Virus record (IMG/VR): IMGVR_UViG_3300006358_000003
Strand: one strand, 5' to 3'
DNA from: an uncultured virus (IMG/VR IMGVR_UViG_3300006358_000003)
Lineage: Duplodnaviria > Heunggongvirae > Uroviricota > Caudoviricetes
DNA: 20,000 nucleotides
Part shown: positions 15,158-20,000 of the stretch, one piece after another
How the letters are laid out: each line of letters begins with the position of its first letter
Position numbering within the stretch: position 1 is the stretch's first letter
Notes under the pieces: model-generated
What the model saw: the letters and a program-made list of their open reading frames with translations, nothing else
What the model was told of the DNA's origin: nothing
Database searches by the model: none
Program-made: the position numbers and the translations under genes

Positions 15158-16387
15158 TCATTGATGCGGTCTCTTTCCGTCGTTGACGCGGACGCCAGTG
15201 CGGGCATTGCGGTGCTCATCCTTGAACGCCTCGCGGTAGAGCAGCCCGGACTTAAGCCACTCTCCGATCATGTGACTTGCCTGCTTCTCGCCCATGCCGA
15301 GGTCAACCAGGACCTGGCCGGCCCACCTCGAGTTGTCGCGGCCGGCGCGTGTCGGAGAGTAGAGCCAGCCAGCGGGCGGCGTAGCGATAATGTCGAGGGC
15401 TTCGTTCAGTTGTACGCCGGTCAGCTTCACGTCCACGACGGGGGGAGACCAGACTGCAACGGCTGCTACGTTGTCGCCGTTTGGGTAGAGACCTTTGCCG
15501 TTTCCCAGGGCTTGCTGGGCCAGCCTGAACCAGCGCGCCTTCCCGGCGGGGGCCATGTTGCGCTTGGCATCGTCCAGCCTGACGTACTGCCAGCGGTCCT
15601 CCTCAGAGACGCCGAACAGATCGCCGTCTTCCTTCGTCATGGGGGAAAGCAGGAGGCCGACACGCGAGCTGTCGGTCAGGGCCTTGGCGCCGCGGGCGGC
15701 GTCAATGCCTGACGCCTCCCCCTTGCGGACGTGATGGACCAGTAGGATCGCAGCATCGGTGGCGCGGGCCACCCGGCGCCATGCCGCGGCGGCTTTGACC
15801 ATCTGGGGGTTGTTGTTCTCCTCGAGCGAGTGGCTTTCGGCGAACGGGTCGCAGATGATCAGGCCGATGTTGTTCGCCTTAACCTGCTCGATCATGGCGG
15901 CTTCGTCGGGGTGGATGATTGTGTATCCGTCATCACCGACTGCCGCCATGGTTAGGCCGCGGCCTTCGCTGTCGTCCAGGAACAGGTGCCCGTCGAGGTC
16001 GGGGCGGGCGATGTGGTGCTGAATCATCAAGGCGGCTAGGCGACGCTCCAGCTCGTCCATCGGGTCTTCAAGGTTGATGATCGCGGCGTTGACGCGCTCG
16101 AATATCTTCTCGCCGAGGATGTCGCGGCCCGAGGCGCACGCCACACCGACGCCCATGGCATAGGACGACTTGCCGGTTCCGCCGGGTGCTACCAGGACGG
16201 TCACGAAGCCTCGCACGAGTTGGGTGCCATAGAGCCAGCGCCTGGGGTTGATATTGCACGGGTCTGGCAGTCGTGCAGGGTGAAGGACCAAGGGAGGCCG
16301 TTCCTTGGCCTCGGCTCCACCAACGACACGAAGCTCGGGCTTGGATGCGCCGGCCGCGTATGCGTTCCAGATGGGTTCATGGTCCAT
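15158..16387 (-). CDS. AAA_25/RepA-like (RecA-fold) replicative helicase with C-terminal putative DNA-binding domain
   Basis: Walker A APGGTGKS, NLEDP, Walker B IICDPF, LVHHVRK, ARGAKAL and KRNMAP. Confidence 0.85.
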   Translation of the reverse strand: MDHEPIWNAYAAGASKPELRVVGGAEAKERPPLVLHPARLPDPCNINPRRWLYGTQLVRGFVTVLVAPGGTGKSSYAMGVGVACASGRDILGEKIFERVNAAIINLEDPMDELERRLAALMIQHHIARPDLDGHLFLDDSEGRGLTMAAVGDDGYTIIHPDEAAMIEQVKANNIGLIICDPFAESHSLEENNNPQMVKAAAAWRRVARATDAAILLVHHVRKGEASGIDAARGAKALTDSSRVGLLLSPMTKEDGDLFGVSEEDRWQYVRLDDAKRNMAPAGKARWFRLAQQALGNGKGLYPNGDNVAAVAVWSPPVVDVKLTGVQLNEALDIIATPPAGWLYSPTRAGRDNSRWAGQVLVDLGMGEKQASHMIGEWLKSGLLYREAFKDEHRNARTGVRVNDGKRPHQ

Positions 16388-16847
16388 AGCGCCGCTTCCT
16401 TGGCGCATCTGGCAGTGCATCCCACACCGTCGCTGCGGCGTGATCGTTAACCTCCCCTTCGGTCAGGTGAAACCCTGTTGCGCCGTTAACCCCATGGGCT
16501 TCGGCGAGTATGGCGTTCTTCGGCGCCTGCCGGGCAATCAACGGCTTGATCGTATCGGCGAGCTGGCGGCGTACGTCGTCGCCGATCTTCCGGCGCCATC
16601 GGACGTGGTTGCGCAGCGTCTGCCATGCGGCCTCGAGTAGCGCGTCAGGATCAGGCAGCTTGGCGGCCTCGATTGCCAGCGCGGCGTAGGCTTGGCTGCC
16701 GGTCATGTGCCCTCGCATTACGGGCTTCGCCATGGAGCCAGCCAGGGCATGTACTGCGTCGTGGTCAGGGTCTGGCACCAGCGCGCGCAGTTTGGGCGGC
16801 AGGCTGTCGCGAGCTGCCCGGCGCTCGGTGATGGTGAGTTTGGTCAC
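16377..16847 (-). CDS. Hypothetical replication-module protein (156 aa)
   Basis: Probable GTG start at 16847 with SD GAGGTG. Helical, and overlaps the helicase start. Confidence 0.55.
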   Translation of the reverse strand: MTKLTITERRAARDSLPPKLRALVPDPDHDAVHALAGSMAKPVMRGHMTGSQAYAALAIEAAKLPDPDALLEAAWQTLRNHVRWRRKIGDDVRRQLADTIKPLIARQAPKNAILAEAHGVNGATGFHLTEGEVNDHAAATVWDALPDAPRKRRYGP

Positions 16848-17070
16848 TGCCCACCACCTCGAGGTGACGGCAGGGTGGCGGGCAAGTAGGCCGATTGCCA
16901 TGGGCGTACTCCGGGCTTGCGGCCTGGAGGCAGTTTCGCTAGAACATGGGGATCGACTTCCTGTTCCAGCGCCCCTGTCCGGGCCGCGAATGAGACACAA
17001 GCCCCCACGTGGTTCCCGCCACTGGGGGCTTCCTCGTTTGTGCCACGTAATGCGCTGAGTCGGAAGGGCA

Positions 17071-17286
17071 TCATGGCAGCCACTCCCGCTTGATGTCCGT
17101 CCACACGCGGTCGCAGCCATCGAGGCGCACTTCTGCATCACAGCCAGGGCCGTGGATGGCGGCGCGGATGGAAAACTCATTACGGGCGCTTTCTGCTACA
17201 GCGTGCCTAGCCCAGCGCTCAGCGGCGACAAACGTGGGGAAGCAGCGGGAAGCGGTATCCGTCGAGACGCGCCACGGGTGCTTCAC
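17071..17286 (-). CDS. Hypothetical protein
   Basis: 71 aa. GTG start with SD GGGAGG. Confidence 0.5.
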   Translation of the reverse strand: MKHPWRVSTDTASRCFPTFVAAERWARHAVAESARNEFSIRAAIHGPGCDAEVRLDGCDRVWTDIKREWLP

Positions 17287-17358
17287 GCCGCCCTCCCTTG
17301 CGCCGAATCCGTTGCGTCGCGTGCGGTCAGACCGGTTTGCAACCGGGAGGACCAGGGC

Positions 17359-17709
17359 GTGCGCGATCCGATCGACAAAATGCAGCCGTGGACCATCAAG
17401 TCTATGTCCACCGAGGCGCGTGACATGGCCGTCATAGCGGCGCGACGCGAGGGGCTGACGGTCGGCCAGTGGCTCGAGCGGGTGATCCGCGAGGCGGCGT
17501 CCGACCCGGTTGCAAACAAGTCTGCCCGGTATAACGCTTTCACGGAAAGCGTGAAAGACGCCCCGGACGTGGTGCGCCTAGCCCCTTTGGTGGAGCAAAT
17601 GCCCAGGTGGCTGCGGGCGGCGCTATGGCGGCGGGTGGCGGGCGAGCTCGGCGTCCAGGCGCCGGCCGGGCGGACGCGGAAGGCGCTGGAGGGGCCTGAC
17701 GCGCGATAA
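17359..17709 (+). CDS. Ribbon-helix-helix-like protein resembling the PodJ N-terminal motif (116 aa)
   Basis: SD GGGAGG then GTG at 17359. Contains PWTIKSMSTEARDMAVIAARREGLTVGQWLERVIRE. Confidence 0.65.
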   Translation: MRDPIDKMQPWTIKSMSTEARDMAVIAARREGLTVGQWLERVIREAASDPVANKSARYNAFTESVKDAPDVVRLAPLVEQMPRWLRAALWRRVAGELGVQAPAGRTRKALEGPDAR

Positions 17710-17724
17710 CCCCGCTTATCGCGC
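17701..17724. terminator. Hairpin between convergent genes (possible terminator)
   Basis: GCGCGATAA-ccccgc-TTATCGCGC is a perfect 9-bp stem. There is no clear U-tract. Confidence 0.45.
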
Positions 17725-17743
17725 CTGGTGGAATTGTGCCGGG

Positions 17744-18061
17744 TCACGCCGCCACCCGCAGCGCGCGGCCGATGTTGGCGACCATCCGCGCAAAGCCTGG
17801 GTCGGCCTCGATCCTCGCCTCCACCGCCTGGCAGCCGTGCAGCACCGTGGTGTGGTCGCGTCCGAACTGCGCCCCTAGGGAGGGGTAGGAGGCGCCCGTC
17901 TCGGCGCGTGCGAGCCACATGGCGATCTGTCGGGGGATGGCCGCCACCGGCCGCCGGTCGTGTGCGAGCAGCTCGGCGCGGGTGGTGCCGAACCAGCCGG
18001 CAACGTGGTGCTGGATGGCGCGGACCGCGGCGATCTGGGGCGGGGTGAGGAACGCCGTCAT
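17744..18061 (-). CDS. DnaA C-terminal (domain IV) HTH protein
   Basis: PRQIAMWLAR...SYPSLGAQFGRDHTTVLHG is the Bac_DnaA_C signature. Confidence 0.85.
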   Translation of the reverse strand: MTAFLTPPQIAAVRAIQHHVAGWFGTTRAELLAHDRRPVAAIPRQIAMWLARAETGASYPSLGAQFGRDHTTVLHGCQAVEARIEADPGFARMVANIGRALRVAA

Positions 18062-18354
18062 ACCGCCGTCTCCGCTGGCGCCGTCTCGTGGAACTCGATA
18101 TCCCGCGCCCCTGCCCTAGCCTCGCACCACCACTTACCGGCAAATTCCTCGCAGAAGCCCGCCCACCTTCCGCCATCTCGCAGCGTCAGAAGCCCGTTGC
18201 CTACCAGATGGGGGCCATCCCATAGGCCGACCGTCATCTCAGTGTCGGTGAGCCTCTGGGTCCTAACGCGCATCGTGGAGACCGGGTGGCCGGTCAGCGC
18301 GCCCTCGGCAGTGCCGGGGCCGATGCTGCGCATGGTGGCGCGGGGGAGGGTCAT
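18058..18354 (-). CDS. Hypothetical protein
   Basis: 98 aa. ATGA overlaps at both ends. Confidence 0.5.
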   Translation of the reverse strand: MTLPRATMRSIGPGTAEGALTGHPVSTMRVRTQRLTDTEMTVGLWDGPHLVGNGLLTLRDGGRWAGFCEEFAGKWWCEARAGARDIEFHETAPAETAV

Positions 18355-19091
18355 GCCACACCTGCCAGCATGTCCATCTGCTCAGCCTTTGGTGGCTTGC
18401 TCGAGCGCAGCAGATCGCTCTGGCGCTGGGCCGTCTCGATGCGGCGGCACATCAGGTCGAAATACGGCTCATGAATTTCGATGCCCACGAAACGGCGCCC
18501 GAGGCGAGCGCACGCAACGCCGGTTGTGCCAGAGCCGGCGAAGGGATCGAGGACCAGATCATCGGGCTGCGATGCCCGCTCTACCGCCCACAACATCGCC
18601 TGGATAGGCTTGGCGCAAGGATGAGCAACATCGTTGCTGTCGTTGCCATACAGGCCATAGCGCCCGTTGGGGCGCGTGCAGCCATAGGGATCGCTGCCAT
18701 AGAAAGCGCAGTGCATGAAGCACTGAAAACCCCAGGAACCGAGACCAGTGCCGGCCGGGGAGTAGATGCCTCCCAAGGCCTTGAACGGGGGCAAGCGATA
18801 GACCGACTTATCGGCCATGAAGACGGCGCCGCACTTGGCCGATGCCAAGGCCTGGGCCAGCGTCGGTAGGATTACGGCGTCGAAGTTCTCCGGCGTGTCG
18901 TCGTATGCGGCATAGGTGACGCTGCTTTTGATCGTCTTGCCTCGGTTGGTGGAATGCCAGAGCTTCCCCGTAAGGCCTACGCCGTAGGGCGGATCGGTGA
19001 TGCAGCTATCCACGGGCCCTAGCGTCGGGAGAACCTCGCGCGCATCCCCGAGATACAGCGTCGCATCGCCTATGTGCTCTACGCGGCTCAT
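18351..19091 (-). CDS. Orphan DNA methyltransferase, N6_N4_Mtase family (beta order)
   Basis: LYLGDA, catalytic TDPPYG, HPCAKP, SAM-binding DPFAGSGTTG and FVGIEI. Confidence 0.9.
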   Translation of the reverse strand: MSRVEHIGDATLYLGDAREVLPTLGPVDSCITDPPYGVGLTGKLWHSTNRGKTIKSSVTYAAYDDTPENFDAVILPTLAQALASAKCGAVFMADKSVYRLPPFKALGGIYSPAGTGLGSWGFQCFMHCAFYGSDPYGCTRPNGRYGLYGNDSNDVAHPCAKPIQAMLWAVERASQPDDLVLDPFAGSGTTGVACARLGRRFVGIEIHEPYFDLMCRRIETAQRQSDLLRSSKPPKAEQMDMLAGVA

Positions 19092-19591
19092 ACCAGAACC
19101 CCGGCCGAGCGTGCCCGCTGTATCTGCTGTGGCGTCGGCCTGGAAGCGCGCGGCTTCCCGCCGGCCGCGCGCTTGCGTATTGGCTTCAGCCCCTCGTTCT
19201 GCGCGGCGATGCTGGCACGGATGCCGGAGACCGTGGCGCGGAGGGGGACGCGGTGTATCAAGAGCGCGGCCTCGGCGTCCTCTACCGATCGGACTAGGTA
19301 GCAGTAGTGGCCGGTTCGTTCGATGCAGTGAGCTACATGGTCCTGTTCAGCGGACTGCCGCCCAACTACCGTCTTCACTTCGAAGAAGATCACAGGGCAC
19401 CCGTGGACCAGGATCATGTGATCCGGCGTGCCCCTCTGGCCTCCACGCGCCTTGAGCCGCTGTGCGACCGCGAGAGACGCCTTGCCGGCGCTGTCGATGG
19501 CGCAGTGCCACGAGCCTTCCGGCAGCGCGCGGTTGAGGTACACCGCGATGGTCGCGTGTATCTGCTGCTCGCTGGCAGCGGCGCGGGTCAT
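19088..19591 (-). CDS. VRR-NUC / PD-(D/E)xK nuclease (Holliday-junction resolvase-like)
   Basis: SEQQIH, GTPDHMI, FFEVKT..GRQSAEQ and LVRSVEDA. Confidence 0.8.
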   Translation of the reverse strand: MTRAAASEQQIHATIAVYLNRALPEGSWHCAIDSAGKASLAVAQRLKARGGQRGTPDHMILVHGCPVIFFEVKTVVGRQSAEQDHVAHCIERTGHYCYLVRSVEDAEAALLIHRVPLRATVSGIRASIAAQNEGLKPIRKRAAGGKPRASRPTPQQIQRARSAGVLV

Positions 19592-19899
19592 GCTGCCAAC
19601 TCCATCGCGTCACTGTCCGTCACTTGTTCCAGGCTCACGAGCAGGGCCTGCCCGGCTTCCGTTATGCAGTATCCGCTCCCAGCAAATTCTCCGTCGTCAT
19701 TGCAAAGCCCGCGATGGAACTCGGCCAGCCCCTTACGGGCGAGGTGCCTGATGATCCGTCTAGCCTCGTTGCGCGGCAGACCAGCCTCTCCGCATAGCGG
19801 GTCAAAGCCCACGCACATCGCGCCGCGAGGCGCGGTGAGCCAAGCCAAAGCACGGAGGCAGTTTCGATGCTTTGGAAGCATGGCAGCGGCGCGGGTCAT
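19588..19899 (-). CDS. Putative winged-helix protein
   Basis: 103 aa. EARRIIRHLARKGLAEF...GYCITEAG has a wHTH-like pattern. Confidence 0.55.
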   Translation of the reverse strand: MTRAAAMLPKHRNCLRALAWLTAPRGAMCVGFDPLCGEAGLPRNEARRIIRHLARKGLAEFHRGLCNDDGEFAGSGYCITEAGQALLVSLEQVTDSDAMELAA

Positions 19900-20000
19900 G
19901 CCACCCTCCGGTGATGGTCCTGACGAAAGTCGTCCAGCGCTGCGGAGGAGCAGGCCAAGTACTTCTTGCGCAGCCGGCTGCTTCGCACATAGCCGCTCTG
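19896..20000 (-). CDS. 3' end of a gene entering from the right edge
   Basis: Open frame QSGYVRSSRLRKKYLACSSAALDDFRQDHHRRVA* ending in an ATGA overlap. Confidence 0.4.
   Translation of the reverse strand, partial: QSGYVRSSRLRKKYLACSSAALDDFRQDHHRRVA

Noticed and set aside
18351..19591. Methyltransferase plus nuclease as a restriction-modification system
   Set aside because: The nuclease is the VRR-NUC/resolvase type common in phage replication modules, and orphan methyltransferases are routine in phages.

Overview
A GC-rich segment of a tailed dsDNA phage or prophage (Caudoviricetes), probably with an alphaproteobacterial host (inference from the PodJ-N-like and DnaA-C proteins). Most genes lie on the minus strand. 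From right to left it holds a DNA-metabolism module (winged-helix protein, VRR-NUC-type nuclease, N6/N4 DNA methyltransferase, DnaA C-terminal HTH protein, AAA_25/RepA-type helicase followed by an iteron-rich candidate origin), then a plus-strand operon of four small unknown genes ending in an HTH gene (anti-CRISPR/aca-like layout). Next come the packaging genes (terS, a chain of micro-genes including a lipoprotein absent from the ORF track, terL, portal) and a head module (GroES-like co-chaperonin, scaffold-like protein, major capsid protein, putative decoration proteins). A partial, probably nuclease-like gene runs off the left edge. Notable signals are the candidate acr-aca-like operon, the GCGTCAATT iteron/palindrome origin, a recurring CG-GCG-CG hairpin in the capsid and portal leaders, small genes flanked by direct repeats of their stop/start junctions, and repeated xxxGG motifs in two basic head-region proteins. 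All product calls come from motif recognition by eye; no database searches were run.
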